From: Patescibacteria group bacterium
Lineage (GTDB): Bacteria > Patescibacteriota > Patescibacteriia > 2-01-FULL-39-33
Assembly: GCA_041649575.1 (NCBI GenBank)
Contig: JBAZMW010000001.1
Coordinates: 1 to 32,000, forward strand
Reading direction: 5' to 3'
DNA length: 32,000 nucleotides
Positions 14,920 to 22,836 of this stretch are shown here, piece after piece. Both the position numbers and the translations under genes were made by a program. The first letter of the stretch is position 1; each line of letters starts with the position of its first letter. A model generated the notes under the pieces. The model saw only the letters and a program-made list of their open reading frames with translations, was not told the DNA's origin and did not search any database.

Positions 14920-16311
14920 CTACCGGTGAGCTCTGGCCATACGGCCTGGTTTCCGGTTCCGCGGCGGGAACTCGCGATGCAGCAATTCGTCGATTCGGTG
15001 CCGCAACGCCCAGCCCAAGTTGCCCATACGCGAGGCAATCTCTTGGAGATTGAACAGCTCGTCCGGTTCGTAGACCTGGTCGGCCATCCGGGCGCGTTGC
15101 TTGCTGGTCATGACTCGCAGCGGCTTGGTCAGCGAGTCCATTTCCGCGTAGGGATTGAACTGCGACAGAATCTGCCTTACCTCGCGGTCGGCGTGGACGT
15201 ATTTGGCCGCTTGACCACCCCAGGCCAACGAGCGGAAAGACTGGTCCACCACCCGCCAACGTTGAGGCAGTGACAGATCGGTGCGGTCCGGCTTGACGTC
15301 GAGCACGATGGGAATCTCCGGATGCTGGTGAAGCACAAACTTGATCCAGAAGCAGACTTCCCGCAGCGCCGCCAGATCAAGGTCGGGTACGCCGCCGCGT
15401 TGTCGGCCATTGAGGTGGACACAGGCCAGCCGACGCAGATAGGCAGCCAGCGCATAGGCCTTGATGAACAGCTCAAAGGCCATATCCTCGTGGGCCACTT
15501 CCGGGTTGGTCTTGAGAAGCACACACTTGGCGACTCGCGGCGGCAGAAGCCCTTGCATGATCCGCATGAAGAGCAGGGCTTCGGCCGTGGTGGCGATGAC
15601 GATTTCCCGAACCGGCTCAGTCGGCTTGGATTCCTCCGAAAGGACAAGCGGCTGCTCCGGCGTGGCTACTCCCAAATCACTGGCGTACGCGCCGACTTCA
15701 GCCCAATGACCCATGCGCCAAGACCAGGCCAAGTGCGGCGGCTTGAGCTCGGAGTCACCTTCCTCGCCCCCCGGCCAGCCGATGATTTCACGGACGCGGC
15801 TGTAGATCAGCTTAGTCGGCCAAAACGTGTTAGCCGTATTGATAGCCGCGGCCAGTTCGACAAGCTTGAAGCCCTTGACTAGCGCCGCTTGCCGGACAGC
15901 CTGGGCTATGTTGGTGGTGGCTCCGCCGACGAAACAGGGATCGGCGAACAGGTTGCAGGTGACGGCCTCGACGCAGATACCCATAGGCGCGGCAGCCCTA
16001 ACAAACGCCTCACCCGTTTCCACGATTTCCCGCCGTGACGACTTGAGAGAAAGGCTGAGGTCGCTGTCATGGAGCTGTGCAATCCTGATGTTGCGCCTGG
16101 CCATACCTTCCAAGACCCGGCTCACCATCTGTGACGCGAAGGACTTGTTCTGGAAGAGGTTGTGTCCGTCGGTCATCATACTCCAGATGCCCATGCCCCC
16201 GGTTTCACTGGTTTCGTCGTCCAGCACGAAGGGACGATTCTCCAGCTTTATTGCTACTCGCACCAGCCTATCGTCCCTTGAGGCTGGCGGCTTCTTTCCC
16301 GTTTTTTTCAT
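14920..16311 (-). CDS. GC-rich divergent xylose-isomerase-fold (TIM-barrel, metal-dependent sugar isomerase-like) protein
   Basis: By-eye collinear matches to class I xylose isomerase as I remember it: MGIWSM~FGLWTV, LHDSDL~FHDDDL, TCNLFADPCFVGGATTN~TTNLFTHPVFKDGGFTAN, GWPGGEEG~AWGGREG, SEESKPTEP~IEPKPNEP, NPEVAHEDMA~NPEVGHEQMA, HLNGRQ..PDLDL~HIDLNGQ..YDQDL, LDVKPDRT~FDFKPPRT. SD-like aaaggacgagccATG precedes the start. Confidence 0.7.
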   Translation of the reverse strand: MKKTGKKPPASRDDRLVRVAIKLENRPFVLDDETSETGGMGIWSMMTDGHNLFQNKSFASQMVSRVLEGMARRNIRIAQLHDSDLSLSLKSSRREIVETGEAFVRAAAPMGICVEAVTCNLFADPCFVGGATTNIAQAVRQAALVKGFKLVELAAAINTANTFWPTKLIYSRVREIIGWPGGEEGDSELKPPHLAWSWRMGHWAEVGAYASDLGVATPEQPLVLSEESKPTEPVREIVIATTAEALLFMRIMQGLLPPRVAKCVLLKTNPEVAHEDMAFELFIKAYALAAYLRRLACVHLNGRQRGGVPDLDLAALREVCFWIKFVLHQHPEIPIVLDVKPDRTDLSLPQRWRVVDQSFRSLAWGGQAAKYVHADREVRQILSQFNPYAEMDSLTKPLRVMTSKQRARMADQVYEPDELFNLQEIASRMGNLGWALRHRIDELLHREFPPRNRKPGRMARAHR

Positions 16312-16404
16312 GGCTCGTCCTTTCCATTAATTCGCACTTCCCAATGTTGCACAATGTTGTCCAAGGTCCGTCTCGCCAACAAACCAGTTGGTGAGTTTCA
16401 TTAC

Positions 16405-16432
16405 AGTATAGCAAAAAGAATATTTTTGTCAA
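16405..16432 (-). promoter_or_regulatory. Near-consensus sigma70-type promoter for the xylose-isomerase-like gene
   Basis: The minus strand reads TTGACA (16432-16427), a 16-nt spacer, then TATACT (16410-16405). It predicts a ~85-nt leader. Confidence 0.45.
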
Positions 16433-16498
16433 TGCTTATTTAATGTTGTTTTTTAGAAAAAAAGCACATAGAAGAAAATTGCAGTTATAATAATTAGT

Positions 16499-16704
16499 CT
16501 TACTTTCTCTTTCTCTAGGAGAAAGAAAAAGCTAACAAAAAGAAAGAGTCGCGAGCTAAATGAAAATTTAGACAAAACAGGGTTGTTCTCGCTAATTTTA
16601 ATAACTCACAAAAGCCACCAGTAAACTGGTGGCTTTTGCTCAAACAAATTAAAATTTACGCTCGAACCCCGCCTGTTTTGTTGCTAAATTTTCATGCGCT
16701 CGCA
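16499..16704 (+). repeat. Structured repeat, copy A (polypyrimidine/polypurine hairpin plus a long imperfect hairpin)
   Basis: It aligns end to end with 23670-23856. Hairpin 1 is ctttctctttctc-tag-gagaaagaaaaag. The long hairpin has arms 16551-16602 and 16647-16703 (gcgagc...atgaaaatttag...acaaaacagg / cctgttttgt...ctaaattttcat...gctcgc). The apical loop carries an extra hairpin, aaaagccaccag-taaa-ctggtggctttt. Confidence 0.8.
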
Positions 16705-16714
16705 GAATTGGTTT

Positions 16715-17662
16715 TTAGATTAAACCAATAATTTTTTTAATTTCTTTAATATTGGCTTGGGCGATTTGGCTGGCCTTTTCCCGGCCTTCATCAATTATTT
16801 TCCAAACTTGTTTCGGGGTTTTTTTGAGCTGTGATTTTTTCTTTCGAAAATCGGCAAAATAAGCGGCGATACCAGCGGCAATAATTTTTTTGGTATCCGA
16901 CATTTTTTCAGGATTGAACTGGCCCGACATATTAGTCGCAAAAGCATCGTAAATAGCTTTGAGATTTTGCACTCCTGCCGGCGTGGTGACGGCCTTGGCC
17001 AGTTTTTGCGAGATTGTCTCCGGCTCCTCGTCGATGCCCAGCCAATGCTTGTCGCCAAGCGATTTGGACATCTTGCTTTCCGGGGAGATTAAGCTCATTA
17101 TTTTTGGCGTCTCTGTCAGTAGCGGCTTGCTCTCGGGAAAATAGTTAGTTTGGTATTTATTATTAAACCAACGGGCACAGTCGCGAGTGAGCTCGACGTG
17201 CTGGACCTGGTCCTGGCCGACCGGCACCAGCCCGCCCCTGTAGAGCAAGATGTCGGCGGCCTGGAGCACCGGATAATCAAACAGTCCCATGTTGACATTT
17301 TTGGCTTGGCGGCCGGCTTTGTCTTTGTATTGGGTCATGCGCTCCATTTCGGCCACTGGAGTGACCGTGTTGAAAATCCAGGCCAGCTCGGTGCACTCCG
17401 GCACTTGCGATTGAACAAAAAGAGTTGATTTGTCTGGGTCTAGCCCGGCGGCCAGATAGTCGCAGACAAGATTGAAAACCTGTTCGCGCTTGTCGGCCGG
17501 CGAGTAATTTTCGGTGATTGAGTGGTAGTCGGCGATAAAGAAAAAACAGTGATACCGGGCGCTATTTTGGATGTCGACCCAGTTTTTTAAGGCGCCTAAA
17601 TAATTGCCCAAATGAAGCGGGCCGCTGGGTTGTGTGCCGGAAACGACGACTGGTTTGGTCAT
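16715..17662 (-). CDS. trpS: Tryptophan--tRNA ligase
   Basis: It has the HIGH-type PSGPLHLGNYLGA and the KMSKS motif (SKMSKSLG). The 315-aa length is typical. Confidence 0.95.
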   Translation of the reverse strand: MTKPVVVSGTQPSGPLHLGNYLGALKNWVDIQNSARYHCFFFIADYHSITENYSPADKREQVFNLVCDYLAAGLDPDKSTLFVQSQVPECTELAWIFNTVTPVAEMERMTQYKDKAGRQAKNVNMGLFDYPVLQAADILLYRGGLVPVGQDQVQHVELTRDCARWFNNKYQTNYFPESKPLLTETPKIMSLISPESKMSKSLGDKHWLGIDEEPETISQKLAKAVTTPAGVQNLKAIYDAFATNMSGQFNPEKMSDTKKIIAAGIAAYFADFRKKKSQLKKTPKQVWKIIDEGREKASQIAQANIKEIKKIIGLI

Positions 17663-17718
17663 AAAAATTTGAATAATTTTATGATTTTATTTTAACAAGA
17701 CAATTCTAAAAGATCAAT

Positions 17719-19629
17719 TTACACCTCTATGATCACCGGCAGAATCATCGGCCGCTTCTCGGTCTTTTGGTATAAGAATTTGCCGATCTCGTTTCGGATT
17801 TTGTCTTTCAGATACTGGTCGTCGGGCGCGGTTTTGGCATTTTCGTCTTTGATTATCTTCTTGACTTTGGCTCTAGTCATTTCAATCAGCTTCTTGTTTT
17901 CTTTCAGGTAGACGAAGCCGCGAGAAATCAAGTCGGGATTGTGAATCAAGTTGCCGGTCTTGGCGTCAATCGTGGCGATAACTACCAGCATGCCGTCGGC
18001 GGCCATCATTTGTCGGTCGCGCAGAACCACATTATTGCTGTCGGTAATGCCCAAACCGTCGACAAAGACATAATCGGTAACCGCTTTGTTTCCGGCGAGC
18101 TTGGCGCCTTTTTTGGAAAATTCCATAATACTGCCATTATCGGGGACAAAAATACGGTTGCTGTCGAAACCTATTTCTTTGGCCAGTTTGGCCGCCTCTT
18201 TGAGCATGTAATGATTGGCGTAAACCGGAATAAAGTAATCCGGCTTGATGGTCTTGAGCATATGGACAATATCCTTTTGGTTGCCATGACCCGAAACGTG
18301 GATATCCATAATATGGCCATGAATGACATTGTCGCATTGGCGATAAAGATTGTCTTTCAGGCGTTGGATAGTCCTTTCGTTTCCGGGAATAATGGAGGAA
18401 GAAAGAATAACAGTGTCGTTTTTTCTTAATTTTAAATAACGGTGGCTGCCATCGATAATTCTGGAAAGAACGGCATTACCCTCGCCTTGCGCGCCAGTAC
18501 AGAGAACAATAACTTTGTTTTCCGGATAGTCGTCAATGCCCTCGATTTTTATCAAAGTGTTTTTGGCGGCCTTGATGTAGCCCAGGCGCTGGGCGATTTC
18601 CACGTTTACTTTCATACTATAGCCGTCGAGAGCCACTTTTTTGCCGAGTTTTTCGGCAATACCTATAATCCAACCGATTCTTTCCGTTTGCGAGGAGAAA
18701 GTGCCAATAACTATCCGGCCGGGGGCTTCGGTAATCAACTTGGTGAGATTCTTTTTCATTTCCTGGCTGGTGGCGCTCTCGCGGACATCAACCGCTCCCA
18801 GCGATTCCAGCATCAAAACCTTGGGTCGGGGCAGTTTGGCTAAAAAAGAATAATCAATTAAAGGCCGGCCGTGTTCGTCTTTTTCCATCGTCCAGTCACC
18901 GGGATGGATGACAGTGGCGACAGGAGTCTTTAGGATAACGCCCATTGCATCCATAATAGAGTGTTCGATTTGGAAAAAGCCAACTCTAAAGGCCCCAAGT
19001 TTTATTTGCTCCCGAATGTTTTTGATGGTGATGGTTTTCAGTTTTTTGCCGCTGTCTTTTTGGTAATCCTCTTGGCGGTGGCGGACCATGGCCAAGGTGA
19101 GATCGCGTCCGATAATTGGCGGATTGCCCAATTTTTCCAAAAGAATCGGAGCGGCGCCGATGTGATCCAGGTGGCCGTGAGAGAAAATCACGCCACGAAT
19201 GTTTTTTTCCTTGCCCTTGAGATAATTAATATTGGGAATAATGTAATCGATGCCTGGCATATCCTCTTCGGGGAACTGGGTGCCCATATCGAGAATAATA
19301 ATGTCCTGGCCATATTCGAAAACTGTCATATTCCGACCCACCTCTTCGCAACCGCCAATGGGAATAATTTTTAAAACCGTTTGACGGTTGTCCAGGGCAA
19401 CTTTGGGAGTAAATTTTTTTCGGGAATCGGCTTTGGCCACTTGTCCGGCTGGCCGGTTTGAGAATAACAAAGGATCATGGCCAGCAAGAAGACCGCCAGC
19501 TTGGTTTTTTCTGCCCTCCAAGCCAACCATCTTTTTGTTTCTGAAGTTGTTTTGTCTGCGATTAGTGTTTGGTCGGTAATTTTTTCTTTTATTGCCCGCC
19601 GACCGACGAGCGTAGCTGTCTTTTTCCAT
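17719..19629 (-). CDS. rnj: Ribonuclease J (metallo-beta-lactamase/beta-CASP) with a basic N-terminal extension
   Basis: It has LKIIPIGGCEEVGRNM and the metal motif FSHGHLDHIGA, with beta-CASP and C-terminal domains. About 85 Arg/Lys/Asn-rich residues precede the catalytic core. Confidence 0.9.
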   Translation of the reverse strand: MEKDSYARRSAGNKRKNYRPNTNRRQNNFRNKKMVGLEGRKNQAGGLLAGHDPLLFSNRPAGQVAKADSRKKFTPKVALDNRQTVLKIIPIGGCEEVGRNMTVFEYGQDIIILDMGTQFPEEDMPGIDYIIPNINYLKGKEKNIRGVIFSHGHLDHIGAAPILLEKLGNPPIIGRDLTLAMVRHRQEDYQKDSGKKLKTITIKNIREQIKLGAFRVGFFQIEHSIMDAMGVILKTPVATVIHPGDWTMEKDEHGRPLIDYSFLAKLPRPKVLMLESLGAVDVRESATSQEMKKNLTKLITEAPGRIVIGTFSSQTERIGWIIGIAEKLGKKVALDGYSMKVNVEIAQRLGYIKAAKNTLIKIEGIDDYPENKVIVLCTGAQGEGNAVLSRIIDGSHRYLKLRKNDTVILSSSIIPGNERTIQRLKDNLYRQCDNVIHGHIMDIHVSGHGNQKDIVHMLKTIKPDYFIPVYANHYMLKEAAKLAKEIGFDSNRIFVPDNGSIMEFSKKGAKLAGNKAVTDYVFVDGLGITDSNNVVLRDRQMMAADGMLVVIATIDAKTGNLIHNPDLISRGFVYLKENKKLIEMTRAKVKKIIKDENAKTAPDDQYLKDKIRNEIGKFLYQKTEKRPMILPVIIEV

Positions 19630-19689
19630 GTAAGTTAAATTAATTTAATAAAGGTTTTCGGCCAGTTGGGCCAAAGGAGAAAGAAATTG

Positions 19690-19773
19690 TGCCGACGGAG
19701 AGATTTGAACTCTCACGACCTTGCGGCCACACGGCTCTGAACCGTGCGTGTCTACCAGTTCCACCACGTCGGC
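19690..19773 (-). tRNA. tRNA-Leu (anticodon CAG), class II with a long variable arm
   Basis: A hand-folded cloverleaf fits. The acceptor stem is GCCGACG/CGTCGGC. The anticodon stem is CACGG/CCGTG with loop TTCAGAG. The T arm is GAGAG-TTCAAAT-CTCTC. No CCA is encoded. Confidence 0.9.
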
Positions 19774-19855
19774 TAACTAATAATTTTTTGTAATTTGGCT
19801 GCGTTAGTTCCTGATTATGAAGTCTACTAGTTCTCCGCCTCGGCGTTTGAAATTT

Positions 19856-21685
19856 TTATTTCCAAACTCTTTTGGTATTTAGATACCACTTGTCGAGATT
19901 GGCAAAACGGTCAGCCGGAACGGCAATGCTTAAAGTGTCAAAACCTTTGATTTTTTGAGTTTGGGGATAATTGTAAGTGGGGTTATAAAGAAAGATGGCC
20001 GGTAGCTGTTCGGCAATGATTTTCTGGAATTTTAAGTAGTCGTTTTTTCTTTTTTCCCAGTCATTGGTTTTTCGAGCTTCCTCCAGTAGTTTGTCGGCTT
20101 CTTTGTTGGAAAAAATGGCCAAGTTCAAGCCGGGGTATTCGCTTTGTGAAGAGTGCCAGAAAGGGAAAGGATCGGGATCGGAGCCGAGATTTTCACCAAA
20201 AAGAAGAGCTTCATAGTCTCGCGGCTTGATCACGTCTTGCAGGATTTTAGCTTTGTCAACGATTTTTAGGTTGACCTTTACGCCCAGTTGTTCCCAAGAG
20301 CTTTTAATGATCTCGGCGATTTTGATGTTTTCCGGTTGGTCGACGGTGGTGAGGGACACTTCCAAATAATAATCTTTTTTCTTTCTGACCTGGTTGGTCA
20401 GCCCTTCGGGTGTGGTGGTAGCGGCCAAGCTCCAGCCATTTTTTTCCAATAGATTTGCCGCGGCTTGAGGATCATAGTCGTATTTTTTAATGTCGGTGTT
20501 GCTTTCGATGCCGGGCAGCGTCGGACCGTCGATGATTTTGCCCTCCTGGGCGAAAGCCTCCTGGATAATTTTTTGTTTGTTAGTACCCAGAGCCAGAGCT
20601 TGTCTCAAGTAATCAGCCTTGAGTAATTCATTTTTTCTTTGGTTGAAAAAAATGGCGGTATACTGCGGCTGTTCCAGTTCATGATGGTTCAGATTTTTGT
20701 ATTTTTCCAGTTCGTTTTGATATTCCTTGGGCAAGTAGGCAAGGGCCATCACTTCTTTGTTTTTTAAGGCTTCGACGCCGGAAACATAATCGCCGTAAAA
20801 TTTAAAAATTATTTTATCCAGATAGGGCCGATCGCCATAGTAGTTCTGGTTTTTGGCTAGAGTATAGGATTTAATGACGCCAGCCTTATCTTTTTTGAAG
20901 CTATTAAATTCCCAAGGACCGGTGCCGATTGGTTTTTTGTTTAACTCATTTAAATCAGCATTGGCCGGCAAAATACTATACCACAAGTGTTCAGGCAGGA
21001 TGCCAAAAGTCAAGAGTCCCAAAAAAGGCGCAAAAGGTTCTGCCAGGGTTATTTTTACCGTAAAGTCGTTGATTTTTTCGGCGCGGACGCCGCGAAAACT
21101 GCGGGAGAGCGGGCTTTTAAAAGCAGGGTCTTGAATCGAGGCTATGGTAAAAATCACGTCGTCGGCGGTAAAAGGACTGTCATCGTGCCACTTAACGCCC
21201 TCTTTCAAATAGAAAGTATAAGTCAATTGATCTTCGGAGACTTCGTAGCTTTTGGCCAGATCGGTGACCAGCTGGCGATTTCGGTCGTATTTGAGCAATC
21301 CGGAAAAAATCAGGCGGGACAAATCGCGGTCAACATCGGACTGGGTAAGAATGGGATTGACGAAAATCGGCGAACCGATCAAGCCTTCGGTATATTCGCC
21401 GCCAGCTCTGGCCACGGTCGTGGTCGCTAGGTAATAAGTTTTAAAGATTAGAATCAACAAACAAATTACAATGACACTCAAGAGGAGTTTGGCCAGTTTT
21501 TTTTCTTTGGCGTTAATAATTTTGGGTAAATGTTTGATTTGTCGCCAGCGCGGCAATTTTGATTTATTCAAAGAGCTCACCAGGTTTTTGTCCAATTGGT
21601 GTTGTTGTCGAAATTTTTTTATTTTTTTGGTTTGCTGAGAAAAAAGTCCAGCGAGGGCTTTTCCCCAGGAAGATAAAAAACTCAC
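19856..21685 (-). CDS. ABC transporter substrate-binding protein, family 5 (peptide/nickel type), membrane-anchored
   Basis: The size and sequence style match OppA/DppA-family SBPs (e.g. GTGPWEF). An N-terminal extension with a TM helix replaces a lipobox. Confidence 0.8.
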   Translation of the reverse strand: MSFLSSWGKALAGLFSQQTKKIKKFRQQHQLDKNLVSSLNKSKLPRWRQIKHLPKIINAKEKKLAKLLLSVIVICLLILIFKTYYLATTTVARAGGEYTEGLIGSPIFVNPILTQSDVDRDLSRLIFSGLLKYDRNRQLVTDLAKSYEVSEDQLTYTFYLKEGVKWHDDSPFTADDVIFTIASIQDPAFKSPLSRSFRGVRAEKINDFTVKITLAEPFAPFLGLLTFGILPEHLWYSILPANADLNELNKKPIGTGPWEFNSFKKDKAGVIKSYTLAKNQNYYGDRPYLDKIIFKFYGDYVSGVEALKNKEVMALAYLPKEYQNELEKYKNLNHHELEQPQYTAIFFNQRKNELLKADYLRQALALGTNKQKIIQEAFAQEGKIIDGPTLPGIESNTDIKKYDYDPQAAANLLEKNGWSLAATTTPEGLTNQVRKKKDYYLEVSLTTVDQPENIKIAEIIKSSWEQLGVKVNLKIVDKAKILQDVIKPRDYEALLFGENLGSDPDPFPFWHSSQSEYPGLNLAIFSNKEADKLLEEARKTNDWEKRKNDYLKFQKIIAEQLPAIFLYNPTYNYPQTQKIKGFDTLSIAVPADRFANLDKWYLNTKRVWK

Positions 21686-21700
21686 AGGAGTGATTGCCGA

Positions 21701-21910
21701 TTAATATAGTATATTAATGAAAGCAGTGATGAAAAAGATGATAGCCAGGACAATGGTGGCCTGAAAAAGGACTTTTTCGAAGCTGCGGCGAGCGCGGTAA
21801 ACATTGCCTTCTCCGCCGAAAGCGGCACCCAGGCCAGAGCCTCGGTTTTGCAGAAGAATGGTAATCATTAAAATAACCGCGGAAACGATTTGAATAATAT
21901 CGATAATCAT
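21701..21910 (-). CDS. secG: Preprotein translocase subunit SecG
   Basis: It is a 69-aa two-TM protein with the characteristic LLQNRGSGLGAAFGG loop. Confidence 0.8.
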   Translation of the reverse strand: MIIDIIQIVSAVILMITILLQNRGSGLGAAFGGEGNVYRARRSFEKVLFQATIVLAIIFFITAFINILY

Positions 21911-22075
21911 AAAGATATAAGAGAATTAAGCCTTGGATTTATTTTATCATACTCCAGAGATTTAGTCAATGGCATTACTGGGTTAACTGTGTTATAATTT
22001 AAAATAAGCGTAATTTTTAAGCCCGCGCGGGTTTTATTTGACCGGGTTTGGCGATTAATCTATAAATTCGAATTA

Positions 22076-22822
22076 ATGGATAATAATAATTATCGGAATT
22101 CTTATCCAGTTCCGTCTCCAGCTTGGTATCGAAAAAAATGGGGCCGGATTGTTATTTTATTTTTACTGGTATTTTTGATATTGATTATCTTGGCCAGCCT
22201 TCTTTTTTCCAGTTTATTCAAACAATCAAAAAAGGATCAGTTGGCGACTTTGGGGGAAGAAATTTTTCAGGAAGAGACCAAAAGTCCCGAAAGGTTATTG
22301 GCAGAAAAAGCGGAGGCCCCTTTCTGGGGCAATCAGCAAGCCGGACTGGTGATTGTGGAGTTTGCCGATTTTCAATGCCCCTATTGCCGAGATGAATTTC
22401 CGATTATCAGGGAGGTTTCGCTAAAATACAAAAATGATATCTTATATATCTACCGCCAGTTTCCGGTTTTTGAAAATTCCCTGCTATTGTCGCAGTCTAC
22501 TTTGTGCGCCAACGAGCAGGGAAAATTCTGGCAGCTTCATGACAAGTTTTTTTTATATAAGTGGCAGGAAGTGACCGGAGATGTTATCAAAAATCTGGCT
22601 CGGCAAGCGGGGCTTGATTTACAAAAATTTGATGAATGTATAAAATCAGAGAAGTATCGCGAGGCGGTTTTACAAGACGCCAGCGACGCCCAGAAATTGG
22701 GCGTTAGCGGCACGCCGACTTTTTTCATCAACGGCCACCTGCTAGCGGGAGTGATTACCAAGGAACAATGGGAGAAGATTATCGGCGAATATAAAAGATT
22801 GACAGAAAAAACAGTTGATTAA
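22076..22822 (+). CDS. DsbA-family thiol:disulfide oxidoreductase, membrane-anchored
   Basis: It has an N-terminal TM helix, the thioredoxin-fold active site FADFQCPYC, and GTPTFFING. Confidence 0.8.
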   Translation: MDNNNYRNSYPVPSPAWYRKKWGRIVILFLLVFLILIILASLLFSSLFKQSKKDQLATLGEEIFQEETKSPERLLAEKAEAPFWGNQQAGLVIVEFADFQCPYCRDEFPIIREVSLKYKNDILYIYRQFPVFENSLLLSQSTLCANEQGKFWQLHDKFFLYKWQEVTGDVIKNLARQAGLDLQKFDECIKSEKYREAVLQDASDAQKLGVSGTPTFFINGHLLAGVITKEQWEKIIGEYKRLTEKTVD

Positions 22823-22836
22823 AATTGTTAAGATTT

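Noticed and set aside
33-16394. Many long overlapping ORFs lie on both strands inside the three GC-rich blocks (e.g. 33-320, 67-318, 96-353, 4740-5126, 4752-5210, 14837-15259, 15177-15647, 15322-15882, 15827-16330).
   Set aside because: GC-rich DNA is depleted in stop codons, so long spurious ORFs are expected in all frames. In each block only one ORF has an SD, a promoter and either a recognisable fold or TM architecture.
16608-16638. The apical hairpin of repeat copy A could be the trpS terminator rather than part of the repeat.
   Set aside because: This is not excluded. It lies about 80 nt beyond the trpS stop, nested inside the conserved arms, so I kept it as part of the repeat description rather than as a separate terminator call.
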